Shown piece by piece: positions 11,484 to 23,411 of a stretch of 33,339 nt of DNA; position 1 is the first letter of the stretch; each line of letters begins with the position of its first letter. The stretch covers positions 1 through 33,339 of the forward strand of contig KZ539107.1 in NCBI GenBank assembly GCA_000934665.2, given 5' to 3'. The notes beneath the pieces are model-generated. The model had not been told where the DNA came from and did not search any database. It worked only from the letters and a program-made list of their open reading frames with translations. The DNA comes from Catajapyx aquilonaris (Eukaryota). Position numbers and translations under genes: made by a program.

Positions 11484-12164
11484 GTAAGTAATTTATTATG
11501 TTCAACTGTATGATATCTGATAATTCTCTAAATAAACTCTACATTGCTGCAATTCCAGGCAACAATATACTGTGCATTATTAGTTTAGTTCAATCCGTTT
11601 ATTTCCTCTGTGTGGATATTCCAGCAAGGAGCCGATTTTCTATACCTTATACTATTTTATCTTTGCTGATCTGAACACTTAATTTTCTCGATTATACAGT
11701 ATCTAAAGTGGCAAAAGTAAAGATAATTTTTTGACGCTCCTCCCTTCATTTTTTGACACACATCCTTACTAATATAAAATAATAAGAGTTTGTTCTTTGT
11801 TGGTATATTTATATGTAAGCCTTTTAACCCACTTCCAGAGTCCCGAGAGCCCCAACTTGTCACTTTCGCTGATTCCGGGAGAAGTCCGAAAACTGCACTT
11901 TTTTGAGTCTAAATGCCAAAAATTCAGGGTTTTTGGTTTTCATATTGTTGTCTCATCTACGGGCACTGTTACCATGACGCTCCTACCCTCCCTCACTGTA
12001 TTGGCACCATTGGCAGCAGTGACATACGCGTATTACCAAATAAGCCGAGTAGGCGCGTGCCTTATAGGGCGGCATTTTAGGGGGCGGCGGCAAATGTCAT
12101 GGAGGCGGAAAATTTTATTGAGGAGAAAATTTTGACGCGTACGAAAATATGTCATACATGGCGT

Positions 12165-12338
12165 CACCGTTCATGTGCCGCCCCAAGATGAATCGCCCGA
12201 TGCCCGAGACCAGTAAGGGTGAAAGTCGCGTGCACCCTTCCCCCCTAGGACAGTGGGGATCTGTGTAGGATCTACACGCGACTTTCGCCCTTACCGGTCT
12301 GGGCATCGGCCGATTCATCTTGGAGCGGCATAAAAGTG
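12165..12338. mobile_element. Short inverted-repeat MITE, piggyBac-like right end
   Basis: Inverted arms of about 57 bp (TGCCGCCCCAAGATGAATCG...GTCGCGTG). The right end is followed by TTAA (12339-42). The left terminus is degenerate. Confidence 0.6.
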
Positions 12339-12719
12339 TTAACCGTTAACCCCATGATGAAATTCACTGGATTTCTCTACGTACTAATAGGAGTATCCAT
12401 GGCCAAAATGTCATTTTTTAAAAAAATAACAATTTATTTTCGAGATATTTGGCTTTGACATTCGCAACTATCGGCATTTCCCCAATCTCGGACCTATAAA
12501 TCAGCCAGGAGTGGGGGGCAGATAAGGCTATGCATAGGGGCGGTAAAAACCTAAACTGCCAGAGATTGTTGTTGGTAACCACGAAACGTGTCTTACTAAC
12601 GATACTGGGGCTGCTCAAGAGCCCGTTCTGATGGCTAACATTACACTCACTTCCCCCCCCCCCCCCCNCCCCCCCCCATAACTTCCCCCCTCCCTCCTGA
12701 CCAATCCCTCCGTCCCTTC

Positions 12720-13015
12720 TCGCGCTTCCCAAACTTCCGGTCGCGAACCCGAATAGGGTCGCGAACTTAATATTTTGGGGTTGTGAGGGAGGGTAACAAA
12801 TTATTTTCACAAAATGATTCTTTCTCTCTCGAATATTATGCCAATAATGTAAGTTGCAGAACAATTCAGATACTCTACAATAGTTTAAAATGTTTGTCAT
12901 TTCACTGTTTACCAGTCTTTTCATGTGGGGTGATCAAAATGTGCACATCAGGAGGATCGCTAATTTTACGAGGCAATTTTTGGGGGTCGCCAACGAGAAA
13001 GATTGGGAAGCACTG
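12720..13015. mobile_element. hAT (Charlie-like) MITE, degenerate
   Basis: Termini GCTTCCCAAACT ... TTGGGAAGCACTG, with subterminal GGGTCGC motifs. No clear TSD. Confidence 0.55.
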
Positions 13016-13415
13016 GTGTCAAGGCAACAAGACAATATTGCCGGGAAGGGAGATCACACAATGCCGGAAAATGTGGTGCAGAGAGAAAAGAATCACAGCG
13101 TGACAAAAGGCCAACAGACGGTGTACTCAATAATGCGCCAATGAAATAATCGGCAAGAGCAGGATTATGAAAGTGGTTAACAAGAGAACAAAAATTTAAA
13201 CAAGGCACAACATTACACTTTGGGATAACTTCTTTTGAATATTTACTCTGGAATATCACTGAAAAAATCAATCCCGATTATATTATTTGTGTAACTTATC
13301 CTGCCTCAAGACGTAACGACACTGTATAATCAAACTACATCATGTCACTCCAATGAAGGCAGTTTATTTGTCACAGTAGGAATGGTGCAGTAAGAAAGAC
13401 GAGTATAAGTAAATT

Positions 13416-14470
13416 CAGGGTCATCGAAAAATAATGCCCCCTTTTGAAAACCCTCTAACTCGAAAACTTGTAGACCTATCCCAATGATTTAAATTTTGAA
13501 ATGCTAAGAACTATCCAAACTTCTAAAGTTTTGGTCTCAACTAAGTTTGTTTCGATATGAACTCCATCTGTCGCTCGAAAAATGTAAATACGGTAATTGG
13601 TGTCGTGCCTATAACCCGCACAGACATGTCTGAAGTCACCATTGTGATCCTATCCCATAGGTGCTGGAGATACCGGATCTTTTCAGCATATACGAGGGTC
13701 GTCCAATAAGTTCTGAGCCTGATGTTGAAAGACATGTTTGATGGTCAAAATTTTATTACGACTTTTCGACGTAGTCACCTTGAACCAGGATGCATTTGTC
13801 CCACTGGTGCTCCAACCTCTGTATTCCGAGTAAAAAATTTTTTCCTCGACCCCACCCAACCACTCATACATTGCACTTATCACCTCATTGTCACTGGAGA
13901 AGTGCGTCCCACGGAGGTTTCAGGAGAATAATGAAGGAGCCAGGTCTCATCATGTGTTACGTAACAAGCCAAAAAGTGTCCCGGTCCCTCTGATACTCCT
14001 CCAATGGCGCCTGTGAATGTGTCACACGGATCCGCTTCTGATCAGGATCTTTCAATCCTGAAAATCTTGAAATCCCGTGCCCACCTTTTGACAGTGGCAT
14101 ATGAAGAAGCTTCGTCAAACAGTATTTCCTTCATGTCCTCGTGAATCTTCTTAGGGGTCATCCCCTTTTTCTGGAAGTATTTGATCACCGCTCGCAGCTC
14201 GATTTTGTCAATGTCGGAGACTAATCCGCACTTTCACACCTGTAAGTGCCAGTATCTCCTGATAGAATGATGCAATCGGGGTGAAGTTTGGGGGTTGTTG
14301 CTCTAATGAGTGTCACTACCTTCAGGTGGAAGGACATCATTATCAGCCCGCGCCATCTACCTTAGGCTCAGAACTTATTGGACGACCCTCGTATGTGTCT
14401 CCACAAAGAAGTCCATCGGGGTAAGATATGTGTTTCTGGGAGTGCTAGGCAACTTTGGGTATTGAAAACT
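13416..14470 (-). mobile_element. Decayed Tc1/mariner-superfamily element (SPDLTPxDFF type) interrupted by a mariner
   Basis: The minus strand reads LTPMDFF before the insertion and YAEKIRYLQHLWDRI after it. CAGGGTC terminus at 13416. The far end was not found. Confidence 0.6.
13693..14391 (-). mobile_element. Internally deleted mariner (699 bp)
   Basis: Perfect 28-bp TIRs CGAGGGTCGTCCAATAAGTTCTGAGCCT with TA TSD. N-terminus DKIELRAVIKYFQKKGMTPKKIHEDMKEIL...YATVKRWARDFK and C-terminus WDKCILVQGDYVEK. Confidence 0.95.
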
Positions 14471-14599
14471 ATGTAGGTCAAGAATGATGTGTCTTTCCAT
14501 TCCTGTAAGAGTGTAAGTTATGCCAATTGGGGCATTTTGGTTATTTTGAACCGTTTTGAACACTGCGTGGTCGCGCCAGCTATAGTAGGTGTATCGATA

Positions 14600-14741
14600 C
14601 TATCGGGTTCAAATACTTTTGGCCACTTTATCCTGGTCTTGAAGCAACCCTTCACACACACACACCTCCTTAACGTGGGGTCTGTGCGAAGGGTTGCTTC
14701 AAGACCAGGATAAAGTGGCCAAAAGTATTTGAACCCAATAG
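14600..14741. mobile_element. 142-bp hairpin MITE
   Basis: About 55-bp near-perfect TIRs (CTATCGGGTTCAAATACTTTTGGCCACTTTATCCTGG...), flanked by TA on both sides. Confidence 0.9.
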
Positions 14742-14989
14742 TAGGCTACATATCTGATGATATAGTGTAGATGACTTTTATCCGATAAATTATGGTTGAT
14801 TATGGTTTTGAAAGTTGCTTTTATTTCTAATAATAATTGTGTCATATTTTCGCTTGTATTTGTTGATTGACTTGCGTCTCCTTCATCGCTGAATACATCT
14901 TTTAGAGGGAGATGTCACATTGTTGCTGTTGTTGAATATTGATTCAAGATAGGTTTCAGTTAGTTACTGATTGGTGCACGTAGTATGCC

Positions 14990-15446
14990 CAGCGCTGGAT
15001 TTACGGCAAGGCAACCTAGGCCTATGGCGGCAGATTTCAAGGGGCGACAAATGAAGGCATACAAAAAAAGTAAACGGAAAATTAATAATAAATAATTACG
15101 CTACTGGAAGCAGCGCTATAGATTTAGCCTACCATTGGCAGAATAGGCAGGCGGCCGCAAGTTGCAATATATGTTTTTCAAGTAGGCTACAATAATAGGA
15201 AATAAAGGCGAAATCATTTAAGAATGTCAAATATTTTGCTGGGGGGTTCCCAGCGCCGGATTGTCCTCTATAATTATGCAGAAAAGCCTCCGGGGCGGCC
15301 ATAAGTTGAAAGAGTTGAAATATAAATTTTTGGATAAAATTAACTTGACAAAAGAAATTGAATTTCACTTTAAGAGGAATAGGAGGGGGGGGGGGTCTCA
15401 TCGTCTCAACTGCCTAGGGGCGGCCGAGGGGGTAAATCCGGAAGTG
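14990..15446. mobile_element. hAT-type MITE
   Basis: Termini CAGCGCTGGATTTAC / GTAAATCCGGAAGTG, 8-bp TSD AGTATGCC / AATATGCC, and subterminal GGGGCG motifs. Confidence 0.75.
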
Positions 15447-15593
15447 AATATGCCTCTCTAGGAGGTCGTCTTTGAACTGGTATACAGTAGGCTATGAGAT
15501 AACTGTCCCAACATACAATGACCCTATAGAAGCATAATTATGACTAACTCTGGTGAGTAAACCATAGCTTGTCCTCTGATCGAAGCTTGATTT

Positions 15594-15879
15594 ANGGGAA
15601 CACCACCATTTTTCCATCACTATTTTCTGAATTTTCTTCGAATACCGTAAGGAACATGGGGAAGGGAATTGAGATTTTTGCGGAGGGGACACAGATTCAA
15701 GTGAAATGTCTCAAACTGGGCCATGTGCAGTCCCCCCAGGAGGTTAGGTTGCCAGACACCTCCAAGGCGCGGATCAAAGACCCTCCTGACGCAACCGAAA
15801 GGGAAATCCCGGGCGGGGATCGAACCCGGGACCTTTCGATCAGCAAGCCGAGACATTACCAGCTCCCCATTACCTCCCC
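15594..15879 (-). mobile_element. tRNA-derived SINE
   Basis: Head GGGGAGGTAATGGGGAGCTGG...GGGTTCGATCCCC. 15-bp TSD ATCGAAGCTTGATTT at 15579-15593 and 15880-15894. Confidence 0.9.
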
Positions 15880-17819
15880 ATCGAAGCTTGATTTTTTAAA
15901 AAAATCTTGTGATATGATGCCGGCACAATGCATAATTAATGAGATTGCTGATGATGTGACATTTACTGGCTTTGAAGTCCAAGTTCAAAAATGTTAAAGG
16001 GGCCTTTGTGTACGCGAAGACCGGAAATTGTTCATAACACTGCTGAGGCTGTTCTTGGTCCTCATTTGCAGGCGAGAGCAGAACCTTACAAAATCCAATC
16101 AAATTCTGTCAGATGCAGTCAACGAGTCGCCATCTGCAGCCACATACTATTATTTTCCTATCATTTTACATTAAATCTGGCTGACGGCGTTTGACCTTAT
16201 TTCTAACTGAAGTGTGTGGTTCAGGACACAACACATTTTTATGTGGGACACTACTTTTTCTGTACGTCTTGCATGTAGACAAAAGCGATGTTGATCGCAT
16301 GAAGTCAATACCGTAAACAGTTCAGCATCTTACTCCAGGTCCAGCTTCGTATAGTAGTTAATACCCTCTTAACCAGCAAGGGTGCTCTCAAAATCAATTC
16401 TATACGCTACGATTCCAGGCCACTGAAGTGCGCTTCGTGTCTACCAGGTGGCAGAAATGTCCACACCGTCTACAGTCTTCTCTTCTTTGAGGGGTATGCG
16501 CTATCCTCTACCGTAATGAGGTAGCCTACTGCCGGTACTAATCAAGCAGGTCTAATTTGAAGGTGCCAGTGCCAGTAACTAACACTGCCATACGATATGT
16601 TATATGTGCTTACTTTTAAGGATTCAAAGTGACTCCTTTAAAGCTATATGTATGTGTATACATATTTCTGATTACAGCCCATAACTTCCAGTACTTTTAT
16701 ATAGGATTACAGGTATTTTTCAGCATCGTTAACAAATTATTATTATTCGCACGTAGAGCGGCCATTTGAAGGCAAAGACAATAGAATCCTCTCAAACTTA
16801 AGAACCCATTTGCGAGCTAATTTTACACTATTACACTAATTATGTTGATTAGACAGAGGAGCCCGGATGAAAAGTATACGACGCGACGATGGGAAGGGAG
16901 GCACAGGAAACAAACAAGACAAACAATACCCACGTTCGTAGGACAGGTTTTCTCAAATATCGCAGTAACTTGAATCAGAAACAGACTAACGACTGCGTAG
17001 GCCACTCAGGTGTCCGCTATCGACGTGATTATCAACAGAAAACCTTTGTATTTTTGGCCCTTTTATTTCTCTACATATAGGAATTTGATTCATGGCTGTC
17101 TCATCTCCCTGATTTTTGCTTTAACGTATTAATCTACTGTAGTTCTCTAGGTTATTGTGCGATGCGATTGGACATTTTAATACAAGAACGAATACCGGTA
17201 CATGCAATAATATTTTACGCAGATATGCGCATTAGTTTCAATAGAATAAACGGAAAAAGGTTCGTGATTGCTAGTCCCCGAATTATGCGATAATCCGTTG
17301 CGAAACTAAGCGAATTTGACTGTAATATTACAGTTCATGAATCATGACGTATGCCTGTCAGAACAAATTAAAAGGGAAAACTACCTGTGGATTCATCATG
17401 CGGAAAGGAATGGATCGAGAAGCAACTATATACCTAGTAAGAGATTTGTATAAGAGCCGCGTGATATACGAGTAGTCCTCACGAGTCACGATACAAACAC
17501 GCCATAACATGTTGTATCCCACGCACATAAAATGAACCATGTGTCCTGTATCATTCAGCAGATCTGGATAGTCACACATATTTTTATTATAATGATATTT
17601 CAAATCTCGGCCACAATTTTTAAAAAAAGAGATACCATCTTTGAAATACATTATAGGAAATAATGTAAACCGTTACTCTGAATGCCCCCCCCCAACTATA
17701 CACTGCATATCAGACAGGTTTTTCAAGGAGTTTCAATAATATATGCTGAGTGCAAATTACGAAAAATAAGTTTGAATAATCAATATAATTATTATTTAGG
17801 TCCACCTAAATAATATATT

Positions 17820-17927
17820 AAAGTTTCAGAACCCCACTTCCCCGGCATCTTTCTTCCGTACACACACGTCCCGGGGGACGTGTGTGTACGGAAGAAAGAT
17901 GCCGGGGAAGTGGGGTTCTGAAACTTT
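17820..17927. repeat. 108-bp perfect palindrome (53-bp arms, 2-nt centre)
   Basis: AAAGTTTCAGAACCCC...CACGTCCC-GG-GGGACGTG...GGGGTTCTGAAACTTT, with no mismatch seen in the arms. Confidence 0.97.
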
Positions 17928-18470
17928 TTTGGTCCTTGCTTTGTTCAGTATTCAGAATCCTCCTGAGCAGCTATACCAGTCTTTTGTATTACGCGTACAG
18001 CTAAATGGCACACTTTGTACCGTTACAGGAACTTGCAGCTATTCATAAACATTCTTTGAACTTGCAATGGATACTGAGCCATTATAACTGAGACTGGTTG
18101 GTTCCCCAAAACAGGGAGTTTACAATATTACTGCGCAGGTGCTGTTTCATACAAGGATATTGCAAGGATACTTGTTCCAATAACCGCATAATTATGATGT
18201 CTTGGCGAAAATGTCTCCTGCATGGTCCCTGGTAATTTTCACCAACTTGAGATCTCCGCTCCGGCGTGCTGCTTTCGTCACAAATATGTTGTGTTAGCAA
18301 CGGAAGGAACCTGTTCTAGGCGAAGTTACGGAACAAATGGACTGCAAAGTGCAAACAGACATGATAAGTTTATATCTGGCCGAGATGAGTGGACAGGAAA
18401 CTTTTTTCTCGGAACTACCCAAACTTAACCTACAGTCCTTAATTGATTGGTCTTCATTATTTTGCTAAAA
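17875..18470 (-). pseudogene. Highly decayed Penelope-like reverse transcriptase fragment
   Basis: Ordered, appropriately spaced degenerate motifs: FRC*HNIFV (18305, cf. FRYVDDIFV), NILV (cf. FLDILV), SLFW..PT (cf. VYRKPT), QYP (cf. SxHP), DWYS (cf. NGY) and IFLPY (17900). Confidence 0.5.
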
Positions 18471-18703
18471 ATTTCCATTTTGGACACGTATCTAAGTTTT
18501 GCACAGCCAAGATTATTTAGAAGACAGAAAACTGCCTTAAAATCACCGAATAAGGAGTCTAACTGATAACACAGGCCTAGATATTCCAGACAGAGCATGT
18601 CAACAATGGGATTATCCCATTTTGCTTATTGGTAGTTAGTCGATGGTGAAGGGAAACTCGTGGACAATCGCCAGGTAGACTAATAGTACTCGCAAAACTA
18701 ATA

Positions 18704-19427
18704 TAGGGATGTGCAATTAGTTTTTGGCTCCGATGCGTAGTTAATGCGTACTGCGCCCTTCAAGTGTAGAGGGCCGGATGGTGTAATATGAGGCAAAAAC
18801 GACAAAGTGCATGGGTGTCTTACCTGGATTCTTACTCTGACGGGATTTGATCGCTTTTTGCACACGGACAATGTGTTAGGGGACCAAGGCAAGGGACCGG
18901 AGGCCCTCGAACCAGCTCCATGTCACTTCCCCCCAAGTTGTATGGATACGGTAGTTTAACGCCTGCGTCTCCGCCAGGCTGGGAATTTGGCGCTGACGGC
19001 GCTACATTGTTCGCTATCCGCCATCTTTTTCAAGGTGCACTCTAGTGGTAAGTCTGCGGAAGGAAAGGAAGATCGAGCAGACTACCCGCTACTATAGTAT
19101 AGTACTTTAAGTACTTAGTTGTTAGTACCTTACTTTACTTAGTTTTAGTACTTTAGTTTAGTACTTAGTTTTAGTATCTAAGTACTTTTAGGTACTGTAC
19201 CGCTACCTACCACAGGTGTTGCACCTTGAACAAGATGGCGTCTTAGCGAACGATGGGACACAGTTATTACACTAGGTACCGTATTCGAGGAATGTCATAC
19301 ACCTGCCTCGAACTGATTGTGAGTTTTGCTTCTTAGAAGCTGGCGGAACGGATGTGACGTCACGAAACTTTGACGGCGCCGTACGCATTAACCCCCAACG
19401 GAGCCCAATGCTAATTGCACATCCCTA
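18704..19427. mobile_element. Tc1/mariner-type MITE
   Basis: TIR TAGGGATGTGCAATTAG / CTAATTGCACATCCCTA with TA flanks. Inner inverted repeat at about 19008-19040 and 19221-19250 surrounds AGTACTT-rich low-complexity DNA. Confidence 0.85.
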
Positions 19428-19429
19428 TA

Positions 19430-20092
19430 CAGTGAAACCCCTCTTAGTTGGACACTCACGGTTCCACAAAAAATGTCCGATATAGAGACTTAGAGCACTT
19501 AGAGAAATAGGTATTACAGTATACAGTACTGTGGTGCAGGGTATACGGTCATGCATGCCTAAACATGAAGAAAACACCTTCATAAAAACTTTTACAGTAC
19601 GTAGTGTACAGTATAATATTATGTATTATCCGTAGAGAACAGATATAGACTAAAGTACATGCACAGTACAATCCAACATTACAGGATTTTGCGACTGATA
19701 CGGACGCTCACTTTTTTTTTTTTTTTTTACAAAAGAAATCAGTCACCCTGGACTGTTTCAGTTTGGCCTGCGTATATAGATACCATGATTTCAGTTTCGA
19801 TGAGTTTTCTGGCTGCATAAATGGTGTCAATCACTTTTGGTTGGGAGGGCAAGGCATACCGCTCCAATCGCTGAATGCACAGTAACGATCTGAAAAATCA
19901 GCAGGCTGGACCGAGATTTTTGATCCCATTCACTTTGTACCTGTCCAACTTAGGTGACAAAAAGCGTCCAACTTCCACGATAGAGGAGTGTCCAACTTAA
20001 GAGCTAATGTGCCCATACAAATAGATAGCCTTTTCCACGGTTCCTGAAAAATGTCCAACATAGAGGGGTGTCCAACAACAGGGGTTTTACTG
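19430..20092 (-). mobile_element. pogo/Tigger-like non-autonomous element
   Basis: TIR CAGTGAAACCCCT..GTTGGACAC / GTGTCCAAC..AGGGGTTTTACTG with TA flanks and repeated TGTCCAAC subterminal motifs. A minus-strand remnant, KLKQSRVTDFF, resembles Tigger C-termini. Confidence 0.88.
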
Positions 20093-20540
20093 TATTAGTT
20101 TTACGAGTACTATCAGTCTACCTGATGATTGTCCGCGAGTTTCCCTTCACTAGAGCATATGCTTTACCGTATAGAAAAAACCGAGCTTATGTTTTTAAAT
20201 CGTTGGAAGGAAAGAGATTCTCGCTGCATTTTGCAACTGACACGCCACGGCCACTCATTTGCTTTCATCCCACCAAAACCCTGGAGAGATCATATAATCT
20301 GGACTCTCCGAGGCGTGCAACCGGAGAATTTGGCTTTTGAGATGAGGAAATGCGACGCAAAAAAGACGAAACAGCTGCAGCGATATACAGTATTTGATTG
20401 CAATATTATTGCTGGTCATGAAATTCTATATTAATAATGCCCAAACTTTGACTGAAACAATACATCATACATTAATAGTTTACGTAGGGTCTAGAACTAT
20501 TTTCAATTCAATGGACAGTTCGTTATCATTATTTTGTGAG

Positions 20541-20785
20541 TGAGGGTGTGAGATCAAAAACGGCTAAGTCCATTTTTGGGAGTGTAACACAAATACGTCC
20601 AGCAATAATGTATTTTAATGTCATTGGGTACTAATTGCATATTGCGTATGTAGCTGAGCCGCGGAAAAATATGGACGCAAAATGTTTCAAGATTGTACCA
20701 GTGAAAGTTAAGTATAATCATCAGTTTCTGCTCATTTTACGACCAGTTTTTTTATACTTAGCCGTTTTTGATCTCACACCCCTCA
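20541..20785. mobile_element. MITE with about 29-bp TIR (GAG-type termini, possibly Sola)
   Basis: TGAGGGTGTGAGATCAAAAACGGCTAAGT ... ACTTAGCCGTTTTTGATCTCACACCCCTCA. TSD unclear. Confidence 0.7.
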
Positions 20786-20802
20786 TTTATGAGCAAGTAA
20801 CC

Positions 20803-20811
20803 ACAACAACC

Positions 20812-20862
<51 letters not shown>
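20803..20862. repeat. (ACA)n microsatellite
   Basis: Read directly from the sequence. Confidence 0.97.
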
Positions 20863-20863
<1 letters not shown>

Positions 20864-21143
20864 AAATAACGTAAGTCCAACTTTGAAAGAATCAGAGTAG
20901 GCTTAAGCTTATATTATATAGGGTTGATTTTGCGATGATTACGATAATATTATTCATGTATATTGTGAGGCTCCTGGTAGCTATTGCAGAAATGACGCCC
21001 TGGCGGAATTTGTCTCCGTGGATATGTGACGTTCTGACCGGCGACTCCACAATATGTTTCTAATACTTATGAAATCAGACGAAAAAAAATTTATAAATAA
21101 AAGCCACCTTTTAAGTTTTAAGTTCTTTGTACTCTGAGAGTTG

Positions 21144-21466
21144 GGAGACGGAGTGGCGCCGCGGTAACGTGCGCGCCCACGGATGTTAAGGTCCCGGGCT
21201 CGATCCCAGCCCGGAGACACCCCCTTCATCTCGTGCAGAGTTCTGGGGTCGTCTCTGGCTTCGTCTCGGGTGGTATATCCACAGACTAAACCACCCGGGG
21301 GAGTTCACAAAGCGACCAAGCACCGTTACCGCACTGCACTTGCACATCCCCTCCTGTCATCCTGCCCGTGGGCCCGGGCGCTTCGAATATTGTTCCACAA
21401 TGTATACTGTTCCATTGAAAAATAAAGGTCCGTGCGAATACACTCTGGGTGAGCACTACCCCAACA

Positions 21467-21516
<50 letters not shown>
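21144..21516 (+). mobile_element. tRNA-derived SINE with (TAT)n tail
   Basis: Box A TGGCGCCGCGG and box B GGCTCGATCCC. 14-bp TSD TACTCTGAGAGTTG at 21130-21143 and 21517-21530. Confidence 0.93.
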
Positions 21517-21519
<3 letters not shown>

Positions 21520-22442
21520 TCTGAGAGTTGAGCATTTTCAAATCTTTACATTTAAAGCGACACAAAAGGCGCAAGAACCCTTCCAGAATGACATTTTTCA
21601 TTTTTATACCAATAGTTGATGATGTCCAATTTTTTGAGTCAAGTATTAAATAAAATAAAATATTTCATAAAAGTGATGTTTGAGAACTGCAGGTTGCACA
21701 ATGTGGCAAGACTGCAAATGGAATATTGTGCAATGGAGAATCATGAATCAATCAAAACAAATCAATCAAACAATATATTTCACGTATTTAGCGTCAGTGC
21801 TTGAATACACTGAGGGAGGAGAATCACGAATACGCAGATTTCAATTTTATGCAACTATAAAAATATTGGACATTACATGCTAATGTCAGAAAAGTATTAC
21901 AAGTAGCTATTTGGAAAATTTCCTAGCACATTCCGTGACCATTTTATACTCAAAAAATTTCAAATTCGCAACGTTCAAGCCCATATTTTCAGTACCTCTC
22001 AATAACATGGCATAAAACTGTGCATCACATTTTCATGCAATACTCAGTTAAAAGCCTGAACAACATCACTCTAAATTATCTTGGTAGGCCTACACCGAAA
22101 AATCAATCCAGTGACACTGCCTTTGTCGGGATTACTTTTTCCTCTTTTTATCCATAAATTATAACCCTTTGATTTCAAAATAGCTGGGGGTGAAAAATTC
22201 CACCCATAAACCGCATCACTGTGCGATCAAGATCCGTCATTATTAGCCCGGGACCTTGTCAGTAAAACCGGTTTAAAAAACAGGTCAAAGCGAACGTGGT
22301 TCTGATTGTTGAGATACGCAAGTAGCAAAGTTTCTATATATGCAATGTGCCCTTCTGTTTACGATTGAATGGTTGACCTTTCATGCACTATATTTTTAAA
22401 TCATTAATTATGCTCTTACGGGTAGTTGTTACTGAAGCCTCG

Positions 22443-22878
22443 TTTTAGACTTTTTCTCATAATCGGAAAAAGTCTTACAGAACGGCTCTGACGCTGTAGT
22501 GCGTCTGTCTGTCTGTCCGTCTGTGGACAGGTATCAGGGCCTAAACCGCAACAGATAGCGGCAATAGGTTTTCGACTGATTAAGAGTGACCAAAACAGGT
22601 GTCATGGTCAACTTCCGGTGACCCGCCACTTCAGGTTTTCCGGGTTCACTCTATCCGCACAAGTCTACTTTACGGGCGGGTTGCCGTTGGCTTTCGAAAT
22701 TAGTTTCGTTCCCTGGGTTCCTGACCAAGTGTGTCGGGGATTTACCCTGAGTTTTAACTGGCGCTCTGGAACAGGGGCTGTGGAATTAATTCCTGAAGTT
22801 GGACCGGTTTTCGAGGCATGGCCTCGGCCGTTTCATACTTGGAAGAATGAGAAAAAGTCTATCACGCTCATGTGATTT
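22443..22878 (+). mobile_element. DINE-1/HINE-like non-autonomous Helentron derivative
   Basis: 5' T-run, then 14-bp subTIR AGACTTTTTCTCAT (22447) / ATGAGAAAAAGTCT (22847), a nearby partial inverted copy (22466) and a (GTCY)n tract near 22503-22524. Ends with the 3' stem-loop ATCAC-GCTCAT-GTGAT followed by TT. Confidence 0.85.
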
Positions 22879-23099
22879 GCCAATATTATTTTAAATAGCC
22901 AGTAACTTGAAACAACGTGCATTTAGTTCGAATAATGAACTGAACTACACTCGTACAGTACCCGCAGGAATAAACTAGGCCTACAAAACAGTGATTCCAC
23001 GTAGGCTAGACCGCTAGACTGATAAAGAGTGGCAGCAGCGGCTATGCAGCAATGAGGCAAGATGGGAAGGTGCCCCCATCTGTGCCAAATGCATCCAAC

Positions 23100-23339
23100 G
23101 ATGTCGGCGGAACAGGAAGTTATCGAATTCACCCAGAACCACCATCGATCGGTTATCTCCTTTTTGGGTTCATGACTTTCCAGCAAGGTTTATCTAACCT
23201 TATTCTATGCCCAAAGACGTTCATCAAGACACACACGCTGTAGCGAAAGAAACAAATAAAGAAGAGGAAGGGTGTGCGGTCTTGTTGTTGTGCGTAGCCA
23301 GCTAATAGGGCCCCAGGTCTGAGGCCATCCTTCACTCAT

Positions 23340-23396
<57 letters not shown>

Positions 23397-23411
23397 CAGC
23401 AGCAGCAGTAG
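23100..23411 (+). mobile_element. Probable 5'-truncated LINE 3' end with (AGT)n tail
   Basis: Short ORF end YLLFG...NLIL...FIKTHTL*, then a ~95-nt 3' UTR and an (AGT)n/(AGC)n tail at 23341-23411. The 5' boundary and TSD are not resolved. Confidence 0.45.

Noticed and set aside
15461..15552. Possible exon (AG at 15459-60, GTGAGT at 15553), phase-compatible with 11483
   Set aside because: The compatible frame stops before the donor and the acceptor abuts a MITE TSD. Too weak to call.
16190..16270. Minus-strand CVLNHTLQL resembling the hAT CxxH motif
   Set aside because: The spacing is off and I found no other hAT motifs nearby.
17300..18700. Hammerhead ribozyme expected near Penelope-like DNA
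   Set aside because: No CTGANGA...GAAA core with flanking stems was found by eye. A covariance-model search would be needed to exclude it.
20129..20434. 101-aa ORF in apparently unique sequence
   Set aside because: No recognisable motif, a non-ATG start and no convincing splice sites.
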